Assembly: GCA_030390025.1 (NCBI GenBank) | Contig: CM059431.1 | Span: 110,114,001 to 110,178,000, forward strand | Length of the DNA stretch: 64,000 nucleotides | Direction: 5' to 3' | DNA from: Squalus acanthias | Lineage: Eukaryota | Shown here: positions 48,141 through 60,759 of the stretch, in pieces | How positions within the stretch are numbered: position 1 is the stretch's first letter | How the letters are laid out: every line of letters starts with the position of its first letter | Notes under the pieces: model-generated | What the model saw: the letters and a program-made list of their open reading frames with translations, nothing else | Databases searched by the model: none | Told to the model about the DNA's origin: nothing | Program-made: the position numbers and the translations under genes

Positions 48141-50386
48141 ATTTACATAATGTAATATAAAAACAGGTAATGATCTGGAGCTAGTACTTAAGGTGGTAAA
48201 TAAATTACGTGGCTTGGTTTCTTCCCCAAGTTCGTGGACTGAATCTGAATTTTTTTAGAAAAGCATTTTCAGTGGCACCAAGCATGATTTATTTCTTTTT
48301 GCCCTTTTTGGACTGAACCCAATGTTTCCAAATAACAAAGATTCCTAAATTTACATTACACAAACTTTCATAGTCTTCAGTGTAACTTGTTGTATCTTGC
48401 TGTTGATGCAACCTCTGACAGTCCTGACATATTAGATATCTGTGAATCATTCTTAAAGGACCAGACGATAAATAAGGGGGTAACCGTCCACAGCAACAAT
48501 ATATTTTGGCAGGACCAAGGTGCAGCTAGTGTCAGAATTATTTGATGTTTTGGCATGAGTTGTCAATCTCTCACAGGCAAGATAAGGAATCAAATAAATT
48601 TGAAATCCACTTGACTGAAGTAGTCCTCAGAGAAGATGCTTTTGGCAAAAGTTCATCATGTACCACTTACTGGCGATTCTATTTTTATCTGCCTCTTGCC
48701 ATCAATAGATTTAGTTATCTAGTCCCAGGTGTTCTATTTTCTTGATCAGCGACTTACGTTGTCACTATGAAAATTGGCAAGGAAACGAAGAAAAAAAAAT
48801 CTCTATGCCATGCTGCATCTTCATACTTCCTTTTGGCCTTACTCAGATTAATGGCAAGTTAAATTTAACATAATCTGGCTTCTGTTATGTTAGAATTTGA
48901 CTGCCCTTTCATCTGCAGCTAAGCAGCCTTTGATTGGTGTTTGGAAAGTAGTGACAACTGCAAGTTTTGATAATGGCAAATTGAACAGGAAAAATTGGTA
49001 CCTTGAACTAGCATCCCGTCTACCAATAAGATCAAGATTATACCCTTTTCATCTCCATGGACAATCTACATGTTGTTCTCAGTACTCCTGAACTTAAACG
49101 ACCCAACCTCTGGAAAAACAGCAGTAACACAGACCTAAGATTGTAGTAGCTCTTATGAGCCTCTTCTGACTGCTAAACGCACTGAGCCAATTCAAAACTC
49201 AAAACAGCACAAAAATGCAAGTACGTGATGCACATCACCAGTTCAGTGTCAGGTACAAGACCCACCATCAACTTGGCATGGTGTTTCCAGGCATGTTTAT
49301 GCTGTAAAACAGTCAGTACAATTATTCCTATTAAACCCACAATAGCATATTTATGATACAGTGGCTGCTTTACATGCCCAGGAATACCTGGAGGTATTGC
49401 CGGGAGGCGAGGAATACTTGTACCATGAGCAGCTGCAAAGATGGTGATAATATGGGTACGAGGCAGGATTGACATCATGGCTCCCACCTCCTGCCTCTTT
49501 CTCCTGGGTCTTTGCTTGACAGGAGCTGACGCTGATAGTGGGCCTTACTCCTTGTGCCCAGATCTGAGCAGGGCTGGGGTGCAAACTTCTGTGACTTTTT
49601 CTTAAGTGTGAAGGTGGAGACCTTCTGGCTGCTAATTTTTGGACAGCAGCCAGAAGGCTCTGAAACCAAATGACCATTACAGCTGCTGCAGGCCTCTCGG
49701 TCCTGCCACAGAATTTGGTTTTCCTCCCATGTTTCCAGGCGCGAGTTTAAGCTATTGCTAGGCAAACGGCAGATGCCAGGAGTTGCTGACGAATGGCATG
49801 ATGAGCAGCGCAGTTCACCATGAAATACGCGGATTCATTTCCAAGGGCATTCTGACCGCAACATGGGCACAAACCATAACCCATTGAATGGTGGTTCCAC
49901 CAGTTGGAGGTGCCGAGCTTCAGCAGCAGCAGCCACTTGTGTCTCGATAACCTAGTTACGTTAGACACCAAACTCTGCTTGTGTGTATTCTCAAACCCAG
50001 CCTCCAAGCAATGCCTGCCAGCAGCTGTGGTATTGGTCAATTATTTAATTATTTCCCACATTACATCGGTGACTCCACTTCAAAAGTACTTCTTTGAGAC
50101 GTCCGGTGGTCATGAAAGATGCTACATAAATGCACGTCTTTTTTTCTTTCTTTTAACTCTCATTTTTAAATGCTTTTTCTTAAAGATACGCTTTGTTTAT
50201 AAAAAAAAATGTTTTTAAAGGCAGTGGTCATGTGTTAATCCTTGAAGTTGTAGTATTTTTGTGATTTCTACATGGAGTTCCTTTTCACTTAACCTGGTAA
50301 GTTAAGTGCACAACCGGGAAAAAAAGCCTTTGTTAAACAAGACGTGGTATCCTTATAATATTCAAATGGATCTGCTTTTCTTTCAG

Positions 50387-50471
50387 TCGGTTAAATAAAG
50401 AAAAAGCAGCTTTACTTCGCATGAAGAACCAAATGGCAGCAGATCTGGAGAGACTCTTGAATCAGCGGGAG
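50387..50471 (+). CDS. PIBF1: PIBF1 coding exon ((C)RLNKEKAALLRMKNQMAADLERLLNQRE)
   Basis: TTTTCTTTCAG ends at 50386; donor GTAATA at 50472; phase 2 to phase 0. Not in the ORF track (too short). Matches PIBF1 [27 protein letters not shown]. Confidence 0.93.
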
Positions 50472-51987
50472 GTAATATTTTTTGTTAATTATCTTGTGTA
50501 ATTGGCAGATGCCTGTGGTCAAAGAAAAGGCTTAATGTAGTGGTTGCTGCTTAAAATTTGTGGTAGTGTATATTAGTACTAGAGAAAGTAAAAAAAAAAA
50601 TCTATTTGAATCTCTCCCCTTCCTTAAAACCTAACTATTGTGCTTCGTACCACTGTAGGTGGATCAGAGCAGACACCTCCATAGACACCAAGGCACTGCA
50701 AATTTGTAGGGTTGTCTGCACTTAAATGGTATCAATACTTGATCCAGCTACCAAACTGAGAGTTTCCATGGACCTTTGAAATCTAACAACTTCATCACAA
50801 TATATAGGTGGTGACTGCACCACATTGGCATCACTTAATACATGGGGAAAATTGAAAGATATTTTTCCTTGACAGAGTAGCGGATCTGTGGAACAAAGTC
50901 CCAGGAAAGGAGTTATTATTATGTTGATTAACTCATTAAAAAAAAAAGCTCTATACATTTCTAGTTTAGAATGGAATGAAAGGCTAAAAGGATTAGGTGC
51001 TGTTAGGTCAAATGCTCTATGGAGTACAATGGCTTGCAAGCTGCTGGGATCACAGAAGTATCATCCCATGAAAAGCAAGTGAACCGAGCAGGTTTTCATT
51101 CTGAACTTGCTCAGTGATTCTAATTATATAATTATAATTGGTTAAACAAAGAAATGCAAAGGTAATTGTTGTCCCTGGAGCATTAATGAGAAGTGGTCTT
51201 AATGGCCAAATGGTGTGTTGCTTTTCTAAAGTACAGTAGACAGTCACATAGTTAGTTATCTTTTGAGAATGTACCTGATGGGGAAGATTAGTGACCTTTA
51301 CTATCTTAACACAGTTATAGGACTACATACAAGAAATTTATAAGAAAGTATTGTTCCCATTAAAACATTTTACATATATTTGCAAAATCCAGTGCCTTCA
51401 TTTAAGGTATAGTGTACACAGCTGCAAATCTACCCCTTGTGAAAACATTCAAATAAATTCTAAAATTAGCTAGATGTATTTACTTTGCTTCCAACGGTTT
51501 GAAAGGCTCAAAGATGGTGCTATTGTAACATACATTTGATAATTAACTTGTAATCTTGTATAAAAGTATTAATTTTATAGAGATACTCATGAGGCAAAAT
51601 ACTCTGCCCACCTCTGAAAGAAAAACTCTGGAAAATAAAAATGCCTTAATGGCTTTTGAAATCTGTTTTCTGTGCATTGGGATTTATAAATAGCTTAAAC
51701 ATGCATCCAAATCTTATACACTAAGACATTTGTAAATTCTTAGTTTTAATTACTGTTGTTCACTGCTGCGAGGTTCTTCAAAGCATTTTTATTTCTCTAT
51801 GCTGAACTGTTTTGGTAATAAAACAAACAACAGCTGGAAACTTGATAGCACAGTGTGGTAGGATAATGCCCTTTCACCTTTAAGGCCTGGGTTTGAATCC
51901 AACCCAGACTTGGTGAAACTATGCTTTTGTGTTGGTTTCAAAGGACATAAATGAAAATACGGTACTTTTAATTCTGTGTACAACTGA

Positions 51988-53145
51988 CTAGAACATGGGA
52001 ACAGGAGTAAGCCATTCAGCCCTGGAGCCTGTTCTACCATTTAATTAGATCATGGCTGATCTGTACCTCAACCTCATTTGCTCGCCTTTGCTCCATATCC
52101 CTTGGTACCCTTACCAAACAAAAACCTTTTGATCTCAGTTTTGAAAGCTTCAATTAACCTAACATCCATTGCCTTTTGTGGGAGAGAGTTCCTGATTTCT
52201 ACTACCCTTTGGTGAAAAGGTGCTTCCTGATTTCACTCCTGAATGGCCTGGCTCTAATTTTATGATTACGATCTCTTGTTCTTGATTTCCCCTACCAGAG
52301 GAAATAGATTCTCTTTTACAACCCGATTGAATCCTTTTATCATTTTAAACACCTTGATTAGATCTCTCCCTCAATCTTTTATACTCGAGGGAATACAAGT
52401 GAAGTTTATGCAACCTGTCTTCATAATTTAACCCCGGTATCATTCTGCTGAATCTGTGCTGCACCCCCTCCAAAGCCAGTGTATCCTTCCTGAGGTGCAG
52501 TGCCCAGAACTGAACACAGTACTCCAGATGGGGTCTGACCAAGGCTCGATGCAACTGAAGCATAAATGCCTCCCTGTTATATTCCAGCCCCCTTGAGATA
52601 AAGGCCAACATTCCTATGGCCTTTTTGTACCTGACCACTAGTTTTTAGTGATTTGTGTACATGGACACCCAAATCTCTGTGCTCCTCCACAGTTCCTAGT
52701 TTCTCACTATTTAGGAAATACTCCAATTTATCTTTCTTGGGTCCAAAGTGGATGACCTCACACTTGCCCACATTGAACTCCATTTGCCATAGTTTTGCCC
52801 ACTCACTTAATCTGTCTGTCCCTTTGTAACTTCTTGCTCCTATCTGCACTACTTATTGTACCTCCCATCTTAGTGTCATCTGCAAACTTGGATAGACAGC
52901 TCTCTCTTCCTTCATCCAAGTCATTGATAAATATGGTGAAAAACTGAGGCCCCAGTACAGATCACTGCCAATCTGAGTACGTACCGTTTATCTCTGCTCT
53001 CTGTCTCCTACCTCACAATTTCCACCCCATGTCGCAAGGTTGCCTCCAAGTCAGTGCACTTTCATTTTTGCTAATAATCTCTTGTGCGGAACTTATCAAA
53101 TGCCTTCTGGAAGTCCATATAGACAACATCCACAGACACTCCCTT
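51988..53145 (-). mobile_element. CR1 LINE 3' fragment (RT to tail)
   Basis: FADDTK-like motif (~52870-52890), WQMEFNVGKCEVIHFG, LVRPHLEYCVQFW. Confidence 0.9.
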
Positions 53146-55325
53146 AAAAGACATCAGTGAGCCAGTTGGGTTTTTACAGTGATCCAACAGCTTCATGGTC
53201 AACTTTACTGCTAACTTTTTATTTACAGATTTTTTTAAATCAAATTCTCAAACTGCCTTGGTGGGATTTGAACTCCCGTTCAAAGATAAACTGATCTAGC
53301 AATTTACTATTTCAAGAAAAAGCTGTTCAATATACAAACTGATTCTACAATAATGAAGCACTGATGATGAAATTTGGTATTCTAAAGTAATATTTAGGCC
53401 ATTTTCCTGTGGACAAAATATTACGTAAAAGTACCATAATTTTCCTGGCATAACCAAGTGTTACAGTAAAATCTTGTACATTGCTTGTTGTAATGCAATT
53501 TATGAATCTGTTTTTATGCTACTTGGAAGTGTGTCGATATGATGCGATGAATTTAATCGGTAAAATTTAGTAAAAAAGGAATAATGCAGTTCTAATTAAT
53601 ACACACTATGGAGTTGTATCTGCTGTCACACGTGGAGACTTGGTTTTTAATATCGAGCTTCTTTCACTTATACTTCAGTGTGATAATTTGCAAGCCATCA
53701 TATGTACCCTGTAATCCTTAAATCTCTAAATCACTTTGCAGTCATTACTGTCGGTATAAAATCCAGCCAAAGGTCAGAGCTATACCAGTTATTCTGAAAG
53801 AGACATGCTTACTATCTTTTTGGCGGGGCGAGCATTAAGCACACTTGATATAACAATAAATATTTTCATATCCTTGTCCCTTTAAAAAAAAAAAAAAAAT
53901 TTAAAAATCTCACTTGAGGTACTTTATAACTGAATAGACTAATGAAATCCATGGCAGGAAATTGAAGGGGACAACCTGCTTGTGTCATTTAAAGATGTTT
54001 GTAGAAATGTTGGCCCAGCGCATCTCCAGATGTCTAGTTAATGAGGTTCAGCTGGCATGAAAATTGGCAGAGAGCCCACAGTGCATAACAGGAGTGTTTG
54101 GCAACAAGATCTTTCTTGCTATTTTTATCTTACAATCCACCAAATCTTTAAATTGTGGGGCGGGGGGCTGTAAACTTTATGCTTGGAGCATAGATCTTAG
54201 ATAGTGTGCTTGTCAGATTAAATTGTGTTACTTTAATCATTCAGTTATTTAGTGTGAGAGTATATGGTTTACATCACAACTTATCTACTTTTACCCTGTG
54301 AACCCCCTTGGAGTCATTTTGCATGCTGTGCTGGTCTGATCTTCAACAAGTTGACATCAACTGTGCTGCCTTCCAGGACAGCTGCACTAAACTGACAGCT
54401 TTTTTATATACGAATCACAAAATATCTGGTCACTTACATTAAGTAATTTTGATTTTAAATATGTTTTTCATGTAAAAGTAATTAACTTTTTTGACAAATG
54501 TTATGAATAAATATTGTACTGTTATCAATTATTAATTGGAAAAACCTCAATGTCCCCACAGTAAACTGAGATCACTTTTTTTCCAAAAAAGGATCCAAAC
54601 TGTAAATTATTTTGCATACGTTAAATGCTTGGTTGTAAAGGAGGCTCTATATTAAGCATGTATAAAGCAAAAAAAGCTTTACCTCACTTTGCTCTTAAAA
54701 AAAAATAGAGTTTGAATTTTTTAGATGGACACCTAACTGGATTTTCCTCTTCAGGTCATCCAGTTCTCAGGAGGGAAATGGGGACGGCCATTATGCTAGC
54801 TCCCTACACATTTTGCTCATTTACCTAATTTTCCAGTGTCACTTCTGGCTGACCCCAGAAACAAAAATAGGCAACCACATTTAAATGAGGAAGTAATGAC
54901 GTGGTGAATATCATGCATTATATTTTCAGTTATTGCCGCATCAATAATGCTGTATGTAAATCGCATCCATGCAAAATGGGTGCACCGCACTGTTAGGTGG
55001 TAGGTGAAGGTGCATTTAAAGTGTCCAGCTGCCGTTATAAAAGAATTCATAGAAAGTCTATTTCTCAGTTTATTTTGAAAATTGAGGACTTCATTGAAGT
55101 CACTCCTTTGTAACTTAGCCTAAAAAACATAGTCAATATTTATATATTAGATCAGTTACTGAGAAATCCAAGGTGCATCTTTTAATTCGTTTAATTGTTA
55201 AACAAAGGCAGCAGAAGTAAATTAGCTGCAATTGGGAATGAAATTGCAGACCGCAAACCATTTTGCGGCCATGTTACCTGTCTGTATTGACGACTTTTAA
55301 TATCAGTTATGTTTGTATTTTGCAG

Positions 55326-55502
55326 GAATTGGCAGTAATGAAGCAAGTTTTGATAAATTTGCATAACAAGCAGTATGGAGGTGGCTTGCCAGGTTCCCGA
55401 GATGAAGTCAAAAGCAGTCCTATTACACATGCAACAAAATTGTCTCTGAGCATTCCCCCAGACGAGGATGAAAACATCTACAAACCAAAACCAACTCTTT
55501 TT
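55326..55502 (+). CDS. PIBF1: PIBF1 penultimate coding exon (ELAVMKQVLINLHNKQ...DEDENIYKPKPTLF)
   Basis: TTTTGCAG ends at 55325; donor GTAAGT at 55503; phase 0 to 0. Ends match PIBF1 ELAAMKQIL and PKPTLF. Confidence 0.92.
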
Positions 55503-55579
55503 GTAAGTTATCTTTGTCTGAAGCAAAAAAGACTTCAGCTTTTCTCCAGTCCAAATATTTCGGCTTCTTCCAGTCATAT

Positions 55580-55765
55580 GAAACATAGGAACAGGAGTAG
55601 CCAATTCAGCCCCTCACGCCAGTTCTGCCATTCAATCATCGTGGCTGATCAGCACCACTCCCTTTACCCGCCTTTGATCCATATTCCTTGATCCATAACC
55701 CTACCGAACAAAAATCTATCGATTTCAGTCTTGAAAATTTCAATTGACCCAGCATCCACAGCCTC
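55580..55765 (-). mobile_element. CR1 3' tail fragment
   Basis: GAAACATAGGAACAGGAGTAG...CCCAGCATCCACAGCC. Confidence 0.75.
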
Positions 55766-55784
55766 GTACAAAACCAAAATAACC

Positions 55785-56035
55785 TGAAGTAGAAACAGAA
55801 AATGCTGGAAATACTCAGCAGGTCAGGCAGCCTCTGTGGAGAGAGAAACAGAGTTAACGTTTCAGGTCGATGACCTTTCGTCAGAACTGGAAACAGTTAG
55901 AGCTATAACAGGTTTAAAGCAAGTGCAGAGGCAGGGAAAGGGGGGGAGGGAAGGAAAGAACGAAAGGGAAGGTCTGTGATAGGGTGGAAGGCAGGAGAGA
56001 TTAAATGACAAATGGTATGATTGAACAGGGCAAAA
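55785..56035 (-). mobile_element. Penelope terminal fragment with hammerhead motif (55852-55888)
   Basis: GAGTTAACGTTTCAGGTCGATGACCTTTCGTCAGAACT. Confidence 0.75.
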
Positions 56036-57844
56036 GCCTTTTGGGTTCCAGATTGCCAGCAGTAGTGATCAACTTTCAATCACATTACAAAATGTTATTC
56101 GTCTTGTCTGCTTTGATTGGACAGATTGCATGATTCTCAATAAAAAATTCTATTTTTTTGCCGAGATCTTTGTTTCATATTGAGGTTTTCAGTGCTATTA
56201 TCTTTTTCATAAAGGAAACATGAAGATACACAAGGAGAAATGGAAATAAATCTTAAAGGTTCAATTTGTATTTGAAACCCCTTAAAGTTCCCTACCTCCT
56301 TGATCAAGCATATGTTAATCCCTATGAGAAGCTACTATCGCTGGGTGTCATCATTGTCATATCAGCTTCCATCCTTTCCAAGCACTTATGTTACAAGTGA
56401 TGTAATTTAGACACCATCTCTGTTAGCAATGGTTGTGCTGCTCCAGACATTACACATTCACTCAAAAAGGCTAATGGGAAGGCACAGGACCCATAATTAG
56501 AGCACATGGAATGGATCACGTGCCGGGAGGTTTTAGTTTTATATAATTTAATGTAATCTCATGCTGTGGTAAATGAGCAGCCAAAGTATAGTATAATTTT
56601 ACATAATTGGACTTTTAAAAAAAAACTTTCAACAAAAACTGAAACATATGTGAACATGATTTTGATGTCAATCTATATATGTATAATTTGCAAACTTTCT
56701 AATTCACGTTTTAAGAAGAGTCTCAGTCTCTCACATTTTGCCTCACAGGGACCATTTACTGAAGGGTGTGAGCATACCATCGGGAAGAGTAGAGTAAACA
56801 CAGATTTACTTCATATAAGATCATTGTGCTAAAGGATCTGACAACAGAAAGTATCCTTTATATCAGCAGAACATTTTTGAGCACATGAACTGCACATGTA
56901 GTTTACAAAATATGACGTCCATGTGCTGCATTTAATAACACTGAGTTCAATAGACTCAAGTGAAAGGGTAAATCTGGCGAGAAAATGGTACTGGCTCCTA
57001 GAATAACAGTACCTAGCACATTGGTACCAGAAGTATCTAGACAGGTTCATTCAAGGTACCAATTTGAGGATTAAAGCATTTTTACTACTGCCGACCTTTA
57101 ACCTTTGATAGTAATAATGGAGGCACGGAAAAAGTTGGCACTGTTGTGACTTCTTGCCACCACATTGACATCTGTTGGTTCTTAGAGGTACACGTGGACA
57201 TAATAGGCTCCCTTCAATGCCAGACTAGGCTAAACTCAATTTCCTTAATGGATAACTCCTGTATTTGCAAGCCTCCATTATCATTGTGCATGTGTAGACC
57301 CCTTCGGTTTTACCTGTATTTTTTATATATATATATATATGATCATTTTTTAAATAGTCAGTCATGTGACTGAAAAGAAGCAGAGACAATTCTCAGGTGT
57401 GACTGAGAATGGATTAATCATGTATATGGAGGAGGAGTGCATCTAAAATTTGAATAATAGTCTTGAGTTTGGAGGATTACAGTTCAGTGTTTTACTTAAT
57501 GCCCAAAGTTGTATATCATACCACTTATGTTAACTTGACTTGCGTTAAGATCGGTAATATTTTACAGGGGACTGTGCCTCATTTGTGCAATTTTTATGTC
57601 AATCAGAACCTTCTGAAGCACAGCTGGCCCCTTAAACAGGATGACATTTACTTTGAAACTCATTTGATAATGGAGCAGGAAAGCTTTGGGTATTTGTGAC
57701 AAAATATTCAGCATTATTTTTTCTCCACTAACAAAAATGAAAACGGAAACAAACTGGTGTGCAGGTGTTTTGACATTAAAAATGACTCTTGTATTAATTC
57801 AAATTGCTAGAGATTTAGTGGTGCAAATACCAGCCAAATACTCT

Positions 57845-58410
57845 GCAACGAGTGTCTCACCTCCTGACTCCCCAAAGCCTTTCTACCATCTACAAGGCAC
57901 AAGTCAGGAGTGTGATGGAATACTCTCCACTTGCCTGGATGAGTGCAGCTCCAACAACACTCAAGAAGCTCGACACCATCCAGGACAAAGCAGCCCGCTT
58001 GATTGGCACCCCTTAAACATTCACTCCCTCCACCGCGTACCATGGCTGCAGTGTGTACCATCTACAAGATGCACTGCAGCAACTCGCCATGGCTTCTTCA
58101 GCAGCACCTCCCAAACCCGCGACCTCTTCCACCTAGACGGACAAGGGCAGCAGGCGCATGGGAACACCACCACCTCCAAGTTCCCCTCCAAGTCACACAC
58201 CATCCTGACTTAGAAGTATATCACCGATCCTTCATCGTCACTGGGTCAAAATCTTGGAACTCCCCTAACAGCACTATGGGAGTACCTTCACCACACAGAC
58301 TGCAGCTGTTCAAGAAGGCAGGATCACCACCACCTTCTCGAGGGCAATTAGGGATGGGCAATAAATGCTGGCTTTGCCAGCGACGCCCGCATCCCATAAA
58401 TGAATAATAA
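57845..58410 (+). mobile_element. LINE 3' end, same family as 1640-2580
   Basis: AAVCTIYKMHCSNSP...; tail GGGCAATAAATGCTGGC...CATCCCATAAATGAATAA. Confidence 0.8.
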
Positions 58411-58769
58411 GAAAAGAACAGTAGGACATGGGTCCACAATAATAGTTTCTTGTACAGTCATTCTTGATCTTGTTCATGATGTCTGGGGAAGGTACTGAGT
58501 AGAGGTATTTCTACACATGGAGGGAAAGATATCAGCAAGTATCTCACTCATGGATTTAGTTATACATCTGATACCTGGATTGAGATTAATAGTAGAGTCC
58601 TAGCCTTAAGTTACCTTACACCCTGTCACCTGGGAAATGATGATGCATGTACGGTGGAGGGGAGGGGAGAGGGAAAGAATAAAGGGGGGGAAGAATATAT
58701 TTAAAATGGAACAAAGTAACTATTGTGCGTTTAATTTGTAAATTAAGTCCTTTATGGCAAACTGGTAAG

Positions 58770-59146
58770 TCTTATTTGAAACATAAGATACTGAGGGGGC
58801 TCAACAAGGTAGATGCAGAGAGGATGTTTCCCCTCGTGGGGAAATCTAGAACTCGGGGGCACAGTTTCAGAATAAAGGGTGGTCCTTTTAGAACTGAGAT
58901 GAGGAGGAATTTTTTCTCTGAGGGTTGTAAATCTGTGGAATTCTCTGCCCCACAGAGCTGTGGAGGCTGGGTCATTAAATACATTTAAGGTGGAGATAGA
59001 CAGATTTTTGCAAGATAAAGGAGTGAAGGGTTATGGGGAGCGGGCAGGGAAGTGACTTTGAGCCCAAGATCAGCCATGATCTTATTGAATGGCGGAGCAG
59101 GCTCGAGGGGCCAAGTGGCCTATTCCTGCTCCTATTTCTTATGTTC
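58770..59146 (+). mobile_element. CR1 LINE 3' fragment
   Basis: KILRGLNKVDAERMFP...TRGHSFRIKG; tail CCTATTTCTTATGTTC. Confidence 0.88.
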
Positions 59147-59183
59147 ATTAAAGGAAGAAATATCTAGTTCTCTGACTGTAAGC

Positions 59184-59480
59184 CAGGGGTGTCCAACTTG
59201 TAACCCTTGAGCCACTTGCAGCCCTCAAGTGCTGGCAATCTGGCCCGTGAAGCCTGGGCAACAATATATATGTTTACGTATATTGTTTTGTCGGGTTGTG
59301 GGTTAGGAAAAGACTTTTTTTATTATTGTTGCCTCAATAGTGGATAAATCTTCAATCAGAACAAGAACTCTTGGCATTAGCAACTTGAGATATATACAAA
59401 TTAATGACAACATGCAAATAAAGAAGGTGCCATGGTACACGGCTGTGTGGTCCATGAGGGCAAGAGCGTGGACACCCCTG
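59184..59480. mobile_element. hAT-like MITE
   Basis: Perfect 12-bp TIR CAGGGGTGTCCA / TGGACACCCCTG; TSD not recognisable. Confidence 0.7.
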
Positions 59481-59677
59481 CTCTGTGTAATAATTGGGTG
59501 ACTAGGTTTTGTGTCAAAAAAGTAAATAATCTGCAAGGGTGCCTCCTAGGACCCACCTCCTCCTTAAATTGTGCAGTGGGTGGATCTTTGACATTTTTTA
59601 CCCCTAAGGTATTCCTGAATAGAAAATAGATTGCAGATTCTGCATTCTTCCTAATCTGATATTTTTTTTTCTTGCAG

Positions 59678-59731
59678 ACAAACCGAGAATGTCCTGCCTG
59701 GTACACAAAGTTGAAGCAGAAAAATACTTGA
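59678..59731 (+). CDS. PIBF1: PIBF1 terminal coding exon (TNRECPAWYTKLKQKNT*)
   Basis: T-run plus CTTGCAG acceptor ending at 59677; phase 0; TGA at 59729-59731. Parallels the human end TKKEAPEWSKKQKMKT. Confidence 0.85.
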   Translation, partial: TNRECPAWYTKLKQKNT

Positions 59732-59887
59732 CCTTTTTTGTAGTGTGTTTAAAGGACCTTTGGAGATTCTGCACTTAATCACACTACTAATTTTCTGCAA
59801 CACGACCACACAACTGAAGATGCAGGTTTTTTCTAATTCCAAGTGCTGTGATTCCAATTTATATGCCCGTTGTTTGTGAACCACTCG

Positions 59888-60149
59888 GGGCACATTTACA
59901 CTACATCTGTAGTGTTGGTGCGAAGCATAATGCTGCAGTTATAGTGTAAATGCAGCCTGAATCCGGAGTCCAGGCCTGACCTGACACCAGAGCAAAGCCG
60001 AGTGAGACTCCTGGAGTGGGGAGTCTCGCTCCACTTGGCTCTATAGTTAGTTCAAGCGTTAAAACCCAATTAACACTGCACAAGATTAGCATCGGTGTAA
60101 TGCCTAAACCACCTTGGGCTGATACTAAACTTGTAGTGTAAATACACCC
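59888..60149. mobile_element. Old palindromic MITE in the putative PIBF1 3' UTR
   Basis: GGGCACATTTACACTACA / TGTAGTGTAAATACACCC (15/18 match); a second right-end copy at 59940-59957. Confidence 0.6.
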
Positions 60150-60291
60150 TTATTTGTACAACTGAAGAGAAGATAGGTTTCCAAGGGTGTCAGTGTTATT
60201 AATATACAGTAGTTTGTTTATTTTATTACTGTAATGGGTAACCAAGTCACATTTGTGATCTTGCACTGTACTTGTATAAAAAGAAAATGTT

Positions 60292-60297
60292 AATAAA
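60292..60297 (+). terminator. Candidate PIBF1 polyadenylation signal AATAAA
   Basis: First AATAAA after the stop codon; TGTA motifs upstream and T-rich sequence downstream. Confidence 0.6.
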
Positions 60298-60759
60298 GGT
60301 ATTATTGCAATTTATATGTTTACTATTTTACATGCTTTAATGGCCAGTTTATCAATATAACAAGGTTTTCAAGTGGCTAGTTAGTGCTTTGTTTTTCTTT
60401 AATACAAGAGCTTTCTCATTTGTAACACCACTGTAAAACATATTTCAGGTGTTTTGTTGTATATAGAAATAATAGGTTTAATTTATTGGAGACTTTGGAT
60501 TATAATTGTGCCTTTTTTTTTTACTCGTAATCTTCCTGTTTTCTTCCAGGTTCCCCCAGTTTTACACCACCTACAGCCTGGAACTTATTCCCTGGCTTCC
60601 ACTAATCCTGCCCTGAGGCAGCCCTCAATAAATGTACTGGAGCTGTCTGGAGGCATTGCTCTTCCCTCTTCCCATACCCATCAGTACATCAGAGATAGGG
60701 AACTCGGTCATGTGAGGGATTCAATCTCACTGCCTTGGCTCAACATACTACATATTGCC

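Noticed and set aside
51845..51920. tRNA gene
   Set aside because: A/B-box-like head without a convincing cloverleaf; it continues into the SINE body seen at 45940-46030.
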